From contig NC_043002.1 of NCBI RefSeq assembly GCF_006345805.1, positions 48,546,001-48,610,000 on the forward strand: DNA of 64,000 nt, read 5' to 3'. The notes below the pieces were generated by a model. The model was not told where the DNA came from, made no database searches, and saw nothing but the letters and a program-made list of their open reading frames with translations. The position numbers and the translations under genes are program-made. This DNA comes from Octopus sinensis (lineage: Eukaryota). This document shows positions 1 to 13,329 of the stretch, one piece after another; within the stretch, counting starts at the first letter, position 1; each line of letters opens with the position of its first letter.

Positions 1-44
1 GCTTACATTTGTATCTGTGTCTATGTTTGTGTGCTGCAACTCAG

Positions 45-170
45 ATCGATAAAATAAGTACCACACCTGACAAAATAAGTATTGGAGTTGATGTGATCGC
101 TTAAATACCTTCTAGGCACTGTCCTACCATGGCCGCTGTCTAATGACTGTGGCCAATAAAATAAAAGGGT
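45..170 (+). mobile_element. SINE 3' fragment (Deu/Nin-like domain family)
   Basis: tcgataaaataagtacca...ctaatgactg...aataaaataaaag; the same motif recurs at about 17330, 33010, 44950 (-) and 59650. Confidence 0.5.
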
Positions 171-958
171 GCATTTAACATGAAAGTAAAAATTTCATCC
201 CGCCCCCGGTAATTCTTTTGTTTCTCACCTTTTTCTTATATTTTCGATTTTGTTTTCCAGTAAAAAATTTCTTAATCTTTCTGCAGGCCTTAGAGTTTGA
301 GATATTTTGCATTTTTAACGCTACGAACACATCATTTGTTTCTTCTCGTCATTTCAAATTAATTTTTGAAATCGAAATCTTAAAACTTAAACAAAAAACT
401 TCGCGCGTACAGACATACACACAAACATGCTTGTATGAATTGAGCACACAAGTTCGTACATACGCGAGATTTTATTTACATTTTAAACTTTCAATTTCAA
501 ATATTCATAATTTAGATTATGAGAAGACATAAATCATGTATTTGTAATATCTGCATTTAAAAACGCAAATTATATGGAAAAAAATATCTCAAACAATGAG
601 GATTTTAAGATGGATATTAAGAAATTAAAATTATTTTTTCTTTGCAAAATTATATGGAATAGTAGAACAAAATATTGTATGGAATAGTAGAACACAAATT
701 CGAAAATTACCACAAACCAAAACAATTACGGTCTGTTAAAGCTGTGCTTCCATCTCAAATACGTCAATGACAGAATATGTTTTAATTGTTACGTTCATAT
801 TTTGTATATATGCAATAGCATGTATTCGTGAATGCAGAATATTAAAATTTTAAACAGTGTTAGTTTCAATTTATAATAGCGTATTTAATAGAGAAACACT
901 TACAAACAGTATGTAGATTTGCATTTGAGTAACATAAAATTAGATCGTCAAGAATAAA

Positions 959-1123
<165 letters not shown>

Positions 1124-1130
<7 letters not shown>

Positions 1131-1186
1131 AAACATGCCCAGAAATCATCTCCAATGTAAGTAACTGTTAGTAGCTCATAATTATA

Positions 1187-1275
<89 letters not shown>

Positions 1276-1356
1276 CATGTATGTATGTATACAGTACGGT
1301 TATGTGCTACTAACAGTTACTTAAATTGCCGATGTTTTCTGGGCATGTTTTAGTAA
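1124..1356. repeat. ~65-bp inverted repeat enclosing a (TA)n(TG)n microsatellite
   Basis: aaaacatgcccagaaatcatc...tactgt (1130-1190) is the imperfect reverse complement of acagtac...ctgggcatgtttt (1291-1351). Confidence 0.85.
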
Positions 1357-1397
1357 CACGCCTAGTGTCTCCAAGCAATGTTTAGTCTTTAAGGACA

Positions 1398-2290
1398 TCA
1401 ATTATACAAATTATAGATCAAGACGATAGAATAAGATAAATCACGAGAAAAAACAAGTTGAGAGTGGATGTAAAAATGGAAGGGTGAAAGTAATCCGGAG
1501 AGGGTGATGTTCTCCAATTCGCCTACAGAAACTTGTACATATGTTTTGACATTTATTTTACTCTGAAAGCAGAAAACTGTGTGAGTAAAGTCAGAAATAA
1601 TCTTATCCTTCCTCTGGAGTGCCAAGTTGAGAGTTTTTAGATGATTCATTACATCAGTAATAAACAACAGATCATGCATCCGTTCATCATTTTCCAGTTG
1701 GGGGTAGAATATTTTTTTCTTTTAGAAAAGCAATACTAGGCTTCAACAAATCCACAAACCTACTCAAAACGTTTCTGGTTAATAGCCACTTCAGTGGGTT
1801 TATCTTCAAACTCAGTTATTCCTTAAAATTTCTGAATTGTCGGTAGATTTCCCTATTTAAACATATGGCATTCACAATTTCAAGTACAGATTTCATTGCA
1901 ACGTTATACTTGAAGCATCTCGCTACAAGGTTATCACAATAAATAATACAATGAAGAGAGAGAAACTCTGGAAAGCTCGAATCACTTTCATAAACACAGT
2001 TAATCCTGTGTGTTTCCTTGATCATTGCGGGAGCACTATCTGTTGCAACACTGACAAATTTATTCAGTGGAACATCTGCATTTGTTAACGCTCTGTCAAG
2101 AGCATTTTGTATATCAACACCACTAGTTGTTTCTTTTAATTCCACGACATGCAGCGTATCTCCTTTCACATTTAACTCAGTAGACGCATAAAGAACAGAT
2201 ACTGCCAGATGTGCCTTGTCTTATACGTAAGCTGATTCATCAATGCTAAACAGAATGCAAGGAAATTTTTTCAATAGTTTTGTATTATCC
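1398..2290 (-). pseudogene. hAT transposase remnant (Charlie/SPIN/GTF2IRD2-like)
   Basis: broken frames read LKETTSGVDIQNAL..SVATDSAPAM..LHCII..VLEIVNAI and DLLFITDVMNHLKTLNLALQRKDKIISD, which match this hAT group. Confidence 0.8.
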
Positions 2291-2870
2291 CTGTAACATC
2301 GGCACTGATCGTTTCGGTACTTTGGCGTGAAACCGGTTTTTTAAATATTACTCACTGAAGTTTTGTGTTAACTGGATTTAAAGTCAGAGCACAAAACTAA
2401 AATAGAAGTGGTGGAAAATAAAAAAAAAATCATTACAATTCTATATTTGGGTATAATTGAAACAGTTGAGGAATGCGGTTCTCCCATCCCGCAAAATTAA
2501 GAAAAGGTGTTCCCACAGTACTAACTTTTGGTATCAATTCATACCCAATAAATAATTGTAAGCTTGGATTTTTTATTCAACTTTTATCTTAACTATGGTT
2601 TTGAAAAACAATCTTAGTTGATCATACCAAACCCTGCACCTATTTCAGTCTGGTATTTATTTTACTGTTCTCTAATCATGAAATTGTTTTACACACAAAC
2701 AAATGCAACGCTAGACACAGATCTGCACCGGTAACATAAACACAGACATGACTACAGATAACTCACATACATACACACTCACACGTATGTATGTATGTAT
2801 GTATGTATGTATGTATGTATGTATGTATGTATGTATGTATGTATGTTCGTTCGTTTGTTTGTTTGTGTCT

Positions 2871-3146
2871 GTAAAAAGTGGTAGGAAACAGCCATTATAA
2901 ATTGACCTATAGCCGATTGTCAAGAGTTGTTCCGAGAGTCGAAGTGTTGAGAGTCGACAGTTCTAGTCTGTGTATTGTGGAGTTATCAACGATAGTAAGA
3001 CAGAAGTTAGCGTATTACTATTTCGGTACGAGGAGATACAACGGTATCAGATGATTAGTAACTGCTGTGGCTACTAGCGTAAAACAGCAACTACATTACA
3101 ACGACACTCAAACGTCACACCAGTGGGAGGAACTTTCTTTACAACA
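2871..3146 (+). repeat. 5' LTR (first ~30 bp missing)
   Basis: aligns to 7059-7324 and ends TTTACAACA. Confidence 0.85.
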
Positions 3147-3158
3147 GTGGCGACAAGA
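3147..3158 (+). promoter_or_regulatory. primer binding site
   Basis: gTGGCGACAAG directly after the LTR; one mismatch from the TGGCGACGAG complement of the tRNA-Ser(GCU) 3' end. Confidence 0.7.
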
Positions 3159-3287
3159 AAAAACAAATTTACACAGAGTGGAAAAAAAACATTCACACGG
3201 AGAGTTTAAACTAATTCACGTGGAAAATTAGATAACTCAACAAAAAAGAAGTAAAAATCTTGTGCAAACAAACAAAAATTGTAAAAT

Positions 3288-4160
3288 ATGGATGACTTAT
3301 AGCTGGGGTAGTTGAGTTGCAAAAACAGTAACAACAACAACTCAAGGAACAGCAAGAACAACAACAACTCAAAGAACAGCAAGAACAACAACAAGGATTG
3401 CAGCAGCAAATATTACAACTAATGAAGTTGATAACCAAACCGAGAATATATTTTCGCCTGACCATGTAGCAAATTCAAAAAGCAAATTCAGATATGACCC
3501 CAGAGAAGGAGTAACCGTCTAGGCTTACTTTTGAAGTTTTGAATAAAGTTTTGAAAACGAATGTCGGGATCGGTCGGACGAAATGAAAACGCGTCTAGTT
3601 TTAAGAGCATGAGAAATATAGTAACTTCATATTGCCCCAAAAAAGGGTCCGACATAAATTTCACCGACATACTTGACATTTTGTGCGAAATGTTTAGTGA
3701 AAAGAGCTCACTGTTTAATAATAGATGGAAATGTTTAAACATAGAAAAGAACTTCACTACTTACACGGGCAGAGTCAACAAAGAATGTGAGAGATTTAGG
3801 CTGGATATGCTTACTCCAGATTATTTCAGTCAAGTGTTTAACAGATAAAAAGGATGAAGAAATCTGAGCGAAAATTTTAGCAAATCTGGAAATGAATCAG
3901 GATTTGATATTGCAGAAACTGTCGGAAGAGTGAGACATGATTTTAAAATGACGGCATGATATGGAAGAAATTTAACGGAAAGAATGTTTTCACATAAGAG
4001 AACTGCAAAAAAAGTTGAAAGACAAATAAAGTGTTGCAAGAAAAGCAGAAAAAAATGTCGAGATGTTGACCCATGTATGGCAAGTGATTGGATGCACATA
4101 AAAAAAGTGTTTTCGCTGGGAGTTTACAGGACATATAAAATCGCACTGCAAAACTAGAAT
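3288..4160 (+). pseudogene. gag remnant
   Basis: Q-rich N-terminus, ORF 3561-3848 (SLFNNRWKCLN..YTGRVNKECERF), CCHC relic near 4100-4150 (CFRWEFTGHIKSHC). Confidence 0.75.
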
Positions 4161-4229
4161 GATAGGAAAATGGAACAAACAAGGAAAAATAAATAGTTTG
4201 TCAATAGGAAAGGTTGTGACTAAAACAAA

Positions 4230-6929
4230 CAGAAAATTCGTGAATGTGAGAATTGAAACCACTAGTGTCAGAATGCAATTAGACACGGGAAGTGACATCA
4301 CAATCATAAATGACTAAACATGGGAACAAATGGGTAAACCAAAATTATGTAGTCCTAACAGAATAGCATAATGTTTTACGGGAAGAAAATTATATTTCAC
4401 GGGCGAACGCGTTTGTAATATAATGTTCAAAGGTTGAACCAAAAAAGTGAATGTTTATGTATTGAAAATATCCATGAATTTATTTGTCACCGAATGTACG
4501 GAAAAATTTAATTAATGGGAGTTTTGTTAATTAATAATAGTTTTGTGCAATAACGTTAACGGATCAGTCAAACGATCGAACGAGGTCGATGAAAAGAGTA
4601 AAAAATTGAAAGAAACTTTCCCAAAAGTTTTTTCAGAAGGTGTAGGCTATTGCACAAAAACGAAAGCAAGGATTGTTATCAAAGAAAATTCAACAGCTGT
4701 TTTCAGGCCCAAACGGAACGTGCCGTTTGCGGCGGTAGACCAGGTAAATAAAGAACTTGAAAGGCTGGAAAACCTGAATATAATTGAAAAGATTGACCAT
4801 GCAGACTGGGCAACACCTGCAGTTTACGTAAAAAAAAAGCTAAGAGTGTGCGCAGACTTCTCAACCGGATTAAATGACTGTTCACTCACATACAATTACC
4901 CACTACCAAACCCAGAAGAAGTACTTGTTAAAATAAACGGAGGGAAAATTTTCTTGAAGTTAGACCTCTTAGAAGCGTACCTTCAAATTCAGTTAGAGGA
5001 AGATATCACATATCTACTAACAATCAACACGCACCGTTGAATGTACAAGTTCAAACGACTACCGTTTGGAGTAAAAGTGACACCCGCCATATTCCAACAA
5101 ACAGCGGGTGCGATGTTAAGTGATTACGACTTCACCATCACATATCTCGATGACATTTTCATAAAGAGCGAGTCTTGGGTGCAACACGATGAACACATAA
5201 AGAAAGTAGTTCAGAGAATAAGTGAATACGGGCTAAAACTGGCAGAAGACAAAAGCGAATTTTTGATAGAAAAATAAAATACCTAGATCAAGTAATCGAC
5301 AAATGTGGACGCAGACCGAACCCATCAAGAGCGACGGCAATACGAAATATGCTGCCTCCGACGAACGTGACAATGCTACAAGCATTCCTAGGCTTGGTAA
5401 ATTATTACTAAGTTTATATCCCAAATATACATAAAGTTTGGGTTTGGACAGAAATGTCAGAAAGCGTTTGACGAGTTAAAAGATGTGTTAACTTCAGACT
5501 TGTATCTTGTGCATTTCGACCGAAGGTTAGAGATAATACTAGGTACAGATGCTAGCGAGTATGAGATAAGAGCGGTGCTCCTACACAAGGATAACGACGG
5601 CAGGAGAAAGGCCATAGCTGACACATCAAGGACATTATTGCCGGCGGGAAAGAGCTATAACCAGATTGAAAAAGAGGTATTGGCTCTTTTATTTGGCCGA
5701 AAAAGTTTCATCGGTTCATTCACGGAAGACATTTTTGGTTGCAAACGGACCATAGACATCTAATAACGATATACGAATCCAAGAAAGGGATCCCGACATT
5801 TACGGCAAACAGACTGCAGCGGTGGGTACCATTCTGTTAAACTACGATTGTCTAGGTTAATTCCGAGAAATAATGAACCGCTGGAGGAGACCGTGATAGC
5901 AGCGCTAAGAGCGGAAGCAGAAACAAAACAATGTGGAACATCGTGCGTGAACTGCCAGCAACTTTGTAAGAAATAGGAAATGCGAGGAATGACAAATTTA
6001 TTAACAAGACAAAAAGAAAACTGTGATCGTCAAAAGGCCAAGCATGGACAACGAAGTTGAAAACCTGGTAAAGGCTGCAGAGGATGTGCACTGGCAGCGA
6101 AACTACCTATTACAAAATGTGAACCTTGGCTGGAAGTGAAAATACCATGGTCCTGATTGTATATCGATTTTGCAGACCTGGTAAATGGATTTTGTTACTT
6201 AATAGTAGTTGACAGATTCACAAAATGGCCTGAAGTCGTGAGGTGTAAACGACCAACCAATACGGTAATGAACTTCTTTCACGAGCTGTTCGCAAGATGT
6301 GGTGTACCGAATATAATTGCCTCTGATAACGGAACAGAGTTTGTATCCTGTGAGTTTAAAAGATTCTGCGAGATAAAACTATAGAACCGTATTACCCGAG
6401 ATCGAATGAAAGGGCCGAAAGGTTCGTGGACACTTTTAAGAGAGCTTTAAAGAAAGTTAATAAGGACGCCTCAGACAAGGTCGCAATCCAACAGTTCTTA
6501 AGGGTATACAGGGTAACTCTGAACCCAAATGCGCCAGAAGGAAGTTCCCCAGCAGAATTAATGTTTACCAGAAAGGTAAAGCCAGTATTCGATAAACTGT
6601 TACCAGTGAAGAAAAAAAAAGGACGTGCTAGTAAAGACATGCCAAACTTCTTTAAAATCGGTGATAAGTTATATGTACGAATGTACAAAAGCGACAAGCA
6701 ATACTGGGAAGTAGGAGAAATTGTTACATACATAGGAAGAATGATGTATGGTGAAAGAAGAAGAAATGGAATGGAAAAGAGACACAGAAATCAGCTTAAG
6801 GAAAGAGTCAAAGAAAAGGAACCAAGAAGAGTAGAAATACCGATGGATATGACACTTTTCATGTTCCAGCAACGTTACAAGAAGTCAAAATCACACCTAC
6901 AAGGCAAAGGAAGAACACTGAATTTCTAA
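4230..6929 (+). pseudogene. pol remnant (protease, RT, RNase H, integrase)
   Basis: LDTGS at 4279-4293; WATPAV, LRVCADFS, YLDD; LGTDASEY, YNQIEKE; LIVVDRFTKWPE, SDNGTEF, VDTFKRAL. Confidence 0.9.
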
Positions 6930-7027
6930 GAGTAGGTCCTGTGACGAAAAGACATGTATTATATATTTTAAAAAAAAGGAGTTGGGAATGAATAAAAGAA
7001 ATTAAATAAAATAATTAACAGGGGAGA

Positions 7028-7324
7028 TGTTGTATAGTGAAACTGTATACCCCACCTAGTAAAAAGTGGTAGAAACCAGACGTTATAAATAGACCAGTAG
7101 CCGGTCGTCAAGAGAGGGTCGAGAATCGAAGAGTTGAGAGTCGACAGTTCTAGTCTATGTCTTGTGGTGCTATCAGCGATAGTAAGACAGAAGAAATTAG
7201 AGTTTTACTGTTCCGTTACGAAGAGATGCAACGGTATCCGATAACTACTAGCGTAAATATTGTGGCTACTATCGTTGTACGGCAGTCACACATCACACCA
7301 GTAGGAGGAACCTACTTTACAACA
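7028..7324 (+). repeat. 3' LTR
   Basis: TGTTGTA...TACAACA termini, preceded by the purine tract aggggaga. Confidence 0.9.
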
Positions 7325-7339
7325 AAACTATAGACAGTG

Positions 7340-7830
7340 CTTTTGTAATTCAATACATATCAACACAATGAATATTACTGGAACATTCCCCTCAAAACTT
7401 GTAACGTGTGCAAAATTTAAAGAGCTGATATAATTATCAGGAAAAGTTTCTATAGCCGCTGTGATCAGCTGTCCTGTAGATGAGAATATTTCTTCCAAAA
7501 TCAGTGAAAAAGAGAATTCATACAGATGGTTATAAATTCACATTTATACCAATAATTACTGATGCACTTGGCTTTGTTAGTAAATGTTTATGTAAAAGTC
7601 CAGAAAAGTTTGGATTTTCAGACAAAGAAATACCATACACAACTCAAAGACAACTCAACACACAGTTTACAAATAGAAATTTCAAAGCGGAACAGTAAAT
7701 ATATGCAAGACATTTCCACAGCTCAGCATTTGAGACTTGTTTTTATTGTTACCCAAACTTTGACGACAGTGCTTCGCCTCTTTGTTTCTTCGTAAAAACC
7801 AGCTTCTTCCTTCTAGAGAGAATTCAAATA
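7340..7830 (+). mobile_element. R4/Dong-clade RLE LINE 3' fragment
   Basis: YKFTFIPIITDALGFVSKCL..EKFGFSDKE, homologous to 9242-9532, plus the shared 3' UTR motif. Confidence 0.75.
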
Positions 7831-7854
7831 ATTAAAAGACACATGCGAATAGGT

Positions 7855-7879
7855 ATATGCGTATGCATATGTGTGTGTG

Positions 7880-7955
<76 letters not shown>

Positions 7956-8007
7956 AAGGAGAAAGAGAGAAATACATATTACCTTCAAGCTTGTATACAT
8001 GCATCCT

Positions 8008-8060
<53 letters not shown>
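7855..8060. repeat. compound (TA)n/(TG)n microsatellite
   Basis: direct reading. Confidence 0.9.
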
Positions 8061-8369
8061 GCACATTCTTATGCCACCGTCACTACCATCATACAATTTT
8101 CATACAACTTCGCATGAAGCTGATCTGACAAAGATGACTGTAAAATTTGTATAGATTAAAAATATTTTAAAGTCACTCTTTAAACACACGCTTCTAATTT
8201 CTCTAAGCAATTGTTAAATAATATACATCTGTGTTAACTAGTTCTCATATATATACGATGCATGTGTGTATGTGTGTGGCAGTTCATTCATGTCACATTC
8301 TTCCCACTAACTATTAATCAACACGAGCTACAGAGTAACCGTAGAGAGATGGAACCAAGGACCACAGTG

Positions 8370-8680
8370 TTTTATAAGTAAATGCAATTTTACAAGCGTG
8401 CACATGCACACGCATACACATTTGCAAATATATGTACTTATATGAGTACGTACATATTTGTACATGCACGAGTACGTACATATCTTCATACATACAGACA
8501 TGCATGCATACATATATGCACACATTCATATATACATACATGCATGCATGCGTGCATACGTACGTACATAAATGCATGCATACGTACATACATACATGCA
8601 TACATACATACATACATACATACATACATACATACATACATACATACATACATACATACATACATACATACATACATACA
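8370..8680. repeat. degenerate to pure (TACA)n microsatellite
   Basis: direct reading. Confidence 0.9.
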
Positions 8681-9625
8681 TCTCTTCCTGATGATCTATA
8701 CAGACCCAAAACAGCTGGGCTCTCTTACCTCAGAGAAGACCTGGATGGAAAGCACTCAGCATACAAAAAAGACCATGCATGGGTATGTTGCCGGAAGCTT
8801 GAAGAAGACAGTAGAATTGACACGAAGCGCAGACTCTCTTGGACACAAGACCACTACATCACATCACACTTTGAAGGCCAGGCGTTTGCAATCTAGGAAC
8901 AGAAGATTGCCACAAAGTATCTGGCGAACAAAAGAGACAGTGATGCTCTTGTAATCCCAAGGTGCAACCGCATGTGTAAGCTATGTGATGCTTCTACAAT
9001 TAGCAGCTGTTTTAAAATGTCGTTACGGTACTACCTCACTATGCGGCACGATGTTGTTGCTAAAACTATTTACAATGCCATAGCAAAAGCGACTGTCCTG
9101 AAATAAGCTTAGAAAATCCCTGTTATGAAATACTTTCATAAACACCAACTCAAGGAATACTGCTGGAATATTCCCATCAAAACTTCTGTCTAACGTAACC
9201 ATAACAGGCCTGATATTGTTGTTTGAGACAGAGGGGTAAAGGTGTGTACCATCTGCCCTGCAGATATGAATATCTTTTTGGAATTCAAAGAAAAAGAGTA
9301 TATCTATGGACAACTGCTTCGAACCTTCCAGCTTCTATATCCAGACTATGAATTCATATTCATACCAATAATAACTGGAGCCCTACGTTTTGTTAGTGAA
9401 TGCTTAAAGGGGAATCTGGATAAACTGGGATTTTCAGAAAGAGAAATTGACCGGCTGATGCGTACATTACAAGTCCAATCTGTGAGTGGAACAGTAAAAA
9501 TATGCAAGACTTTTCTCAAGTTTCAAATGTGAATTAGTCTCTGTTAACTACATCCCAAAGATGGAGCCTATTATCTTTGTTGGAAACCGGCTCCCTCCTC
9601 AGTGGAAAATTAAAAAATAGATGAG
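8681..9625 (+). mobile_element. R4/Dong-clade RLE LINE, 5'-truncated
   Basis: MHGYV..FEGQAFAI*EQKIATKYL, CKLC knuckle, RHDVVAK, NRPDIVV endonuclease motif, IPIITGALRFVS..SGTVKICKTFLKF. Confidence 0.88.
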
Positions 9626-10019
9626 ACATACATAGATACATAGATAGCTATATATACACGCATACATACATGTGCATGTATGTATGTATGTATGTATGTA
9701 TGAATTATGTATGTATGTATGTATGTATGTATGTATGTATGTATGTATGTATATATGTATGTATGTATGTATGTATGTACAAAATGCATACATAGATACG
9801 AATTTTTATGGGGAAGAGGAGGACAAATTAAAATATGTGGTAACACGTATTGCACCGTTATTTTATTAAAAGAATACCTAAGAGATATTTTTCACTGCAC
9901 GCCGTAATGAAGCAAATTAAAGTATGCAGCTCTGTCGGATAACAAGGCAAAGAAAATACATCAGTACCCTACGGCGCAATCCATCACATTTTAACACTAT
10001 CATAATGTGTAGAGTGAGT

Positions 10020-12000
10020 AAGTTCGCAGCACGCTAAATACGTTTATGAAAAAAATGACAAAATAGTACGAAGTTCACACGTTAATTCCTAGAGGGGAAA
10101 TTAAGAACTTTAATATAAGAATTGAAGACATTGGGTGAGAAACTGTTATTGGAAAAATATTTCAGCGAACCAGCATTAAGTGTAAATTTATTTCCAATCA
10201 ACATATCTGAGGGTGAAGAAAAACAATATTTTGATAAAAATTATAAAAAAAGTGAATGCGAATCCGAGTCCGTCAAGGCTAGAAACCATGAAAATAGACT
10301 TCTGTATCCGTACGAACAGTAAAGCATACAAAATCAGCTTTTTACCAGTCTGTAAGAAAGTTGTATAATGGGAAGGCACCAAGAAAAGACATAACAGTTG
10401 GATACTATTTAAAGACGACGTTCGGCAGTAAATCCTTAACACGTACTAGGAAAAAGCAGATTATCATACCACATGGGCTTATGACAGCACGAACAAATCA
10501 TGTAACTAAGATTATAAACACTAACTTGGTTGAAAATTGTTACACAAGTTGTCTCAAACAATTTCTCAAAGACAAAAACAGGCATGCTGAAAAACAAACA
10601 AGAAAGTATGGAGATGTGCAGTGCAACTTTTACTAAATAAGCTGGACAGTCTGAAATAAGAAAACACTGCAATAACCTGGCTTGATTAAAGAGATGCAAC
10701 CAATTCTATTCCTTATTCATGGTCGTTGGTGCCATTGAAAGTTTTACTAAGATCTACTCAGCAATCCTCATTATTTCAATGAAAGAGCGTTTTCCGTGTT
10801 TATTTTAGTCACTAAATCCTCTGCTATTTCTTTTACAAAAATCAAATGGTTATCAATTCGGTTCCACAAACTGCCATGTAACTAGTCATATTTTCTGAAG
10901 ACTTTCAAGATCTATACTAAGAATATTTAAAATACTGAGAAACTGCTGAAATATCCGAATTTAGTAACGGCATCTTTTAGCTGATATAGTAACAGAATTT
11001 GGTAGTGAAATCTCTACGAAATACCGACTTCTTGATCATCTCAGTGCAGCACCAAATTCGCTGCACTTGTGTATCTCAACAAAGATCTGGAAGAGAAACT
11101 GCCTGCATGCAAAAATGATTAAGCATAATGTAGCCCCCGTAAACTTGAGGATGATGTTAACATTAACAGGGAATGTAACCATAACCATTCACAGGGAGTT
11201 GTAACCGTTACATGTAACCTTACATTTAAAAAGTTATTGTTTTTGAAATCTAAGAGCAAAGAAAACATATAAAATATCTAATAAACAAGAGAAAATGTGA
11301 AGACTTCAGTCTCTCCGATGCGGCCTAAAATGTATTTCTGTAGAAGGTATTATGTACACACATAATAACTTCCCCCAAATCCCATGAAGTTATTACGTTG
11401 CAACGCAGCAGGATGTTGATACAAAAACAATATACAGTACCATTACTAAGACAGACTGAACTGAAATGAATATAGAAACTATTCCTGTTATTGAATGCAT
11501 GCATATCAACACAATGAATATTGATGGAACATTTGTATCGAAATTCTCATTAAATATGCAATATCAAACTGTAATATAGTTTATTTGGCGCAGAAAAGAA
11601 TATTTTCGTGCAGTTATAGTGGTTAACTCCCTACAAAGAAGACCATTTCTTTCAAAATTAGTGAGAGAAGGAATATTTATGGACAACTGCTTCAAAACCT
11701 AGAGCTCCTGTACCCAGATTATGTATTTACCTATATACCTATAATTATTTGTACATTCGTTTATGTTACTAAATGTCTAAGTGACAATTTGGAAAACCTG
11801 GAGTTCCATGGTAAAGAAAGTGAACAGCTAATACGCACTTTAGAAATATAACCAGTGAGTGAAACGGTAAAAGTATGGAGAATTTTCTTGAAGTTCAGCA
11901 TGTGACACTTCCTGTTTTCGTTATCCAATTTTCAGCAAAAGAGAATTTCTTTTTTGTGAGAAACCGGATCCTTACATATAGGAAGAATTCAAATAATTAC
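10020..12000 (+). mobile_element. R4/Dong-clade RLE LINE, heavily degraded with internal deletions
   Basis: RT-like relics at 10300-11000; RLE C-terminus at 11650-11900 (YGQLLQNLELLYPDY..LEFHGKE..TVKVW); 3' UTR motif gaaaccgg..ggaagaattcaaataa. Confidence 0.6.
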
Positions 12001-12179
12001 AAAAGAAACGTAAATGTAATTCTTGCATATATGCATAATAGACTCATAACGAACCTTTAGTGTCCCATTCTTAACCATTTGAACCACCAGTATTTTATTT
12101 CAATGACTACACTATTTGTAACCAGTTTTTTGATACTATTCGTTTGACACAGTTTGGGCTCATGAAATGCAATAGATTT

Positions 12180-12532
12180 TCCTGGGGCTCAAATTACTGA
12201 GAATGTTGCTCTTATTCTTGTCGCCTTTTATATTAAAAAAATCTACCACTGGGTCCAACCCTTGTTGCGATGTGATTGCCTGTGTGCCTGATTGACACAG
12301 AGAGCTATACCAACAGAGCAGAAACTCTTCGTAAAGCTTCTCTGACCTACAGGTCATATGATAGAGGCCACACTAACGTGGGCCACCTCTTCCCAGAGCA
12401 GAAATCGGTTGGCATAAGAGCCCACTCACCTCTCAAGAAAAATAACAAACTGCAGACACTGAAAACCACAGTGGAGAAAAGACGTTAATGATCTGTGCTC
12501 CATAGGTAGACAAGGGCGAAGGGGATAAGTAA
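12180..12532 (+). mobile_element. RTE-clade LINE 3' end
   Basis: RGHTNVGHLF..KTTVEK, VNDLCSIG, and terminal ataagtaagt repeat typical of RTE ends. Confidence 0.55.
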
Positions 12533-12619
12533 GTTTATACATACATACATAAATACATACATACATACATACATACATACATACATACATACATACATAC
12601 ATACATACATACATACATG

Positions 12620-13206
12620 ATGCCTGCAAACTCGTGTTCGGTTATTGTCATCACCTGATTTAAAGCCCTACACATACGAATGCTACGACCAGCCATTTTA
12701 TGATAGATCTTACATTTTTCAAGCGATACATGTGCATGATGATTTTTTTATTGTGGGGGAAAGGATATGTACATATCCAATCCCACTTTCTGAACATGGG
12801 CAACATAAACTCGAAAAGAAGAACTATTCTACATCATCGAATATTGTCAGTGTCGCAGGTTTTCCCTCAGAGTTTCTCTCACCTAAGATGTCGTGACAAC
12901 AACAAAGGAGCTTCCCACTCCCATTGGGCCAACCGCACGCCTGAACACCAACCCAGGTATTTCCACGTCTCCGCGCATACAATTATGCATACATACACAT
13001 GTACACATATTGTTGGATGGCCTTTGACTACTCATGAGCTCTTCCGCCATTTGACAGGTCTTATTTTTCGTTCTGCAGATGTCCAACAACCACCCTTCTC
13101 ACCAAGCAAGCTTGATGGAGTTTGCCAGTTTAGTCACTGACGACCCGATCATGCAGCAGGTTGTACTGGGCTACATGTTACTAGTAGCGCCCAAGACCGA
13201 CCAGAC
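12620..13206 (-). mobile_element. RTE-like LINE 5' end (5' UTR and start of APE domain), between (TACA)n tracts
   Basis: degenerate IA.(W)NVRS and TITEHEFAG resembling the APE N-terminus; structured 5' extremity. Confidence 0.45.
13125..13198 (-). ncRNA. candidate HDV-like ribozyme
   Basis: P1 GGUCUU(G)/(C)AUGAUC, P2 CCAGU/ACUGG, L3 ACCUGC with CC for P1.1 GG, short P4, J4/2 CUAA; only 8 nt inside the element boundary. Confidence 0.45.
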
Positions 13207-13329
13207 ATACATACATACATACATTCATACATACATACATACATACATACATACATACATACATACATACATACATACATACATACATACATACGTAAAT
13301 ACATACATACATACATTATAGGTTATAGT

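Larger units (their letters stand above)
2871..7324 (+). mobile_element. Ty3/Gypsy LTR retrotransposon (K02A2.6/Mag-like), decayed
   Basis: two related LTRs, PBS, PPT, gag, and PR-RT-RNaseH-IN domain order, with many stops and frameshifts. Confidence 0.92.
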
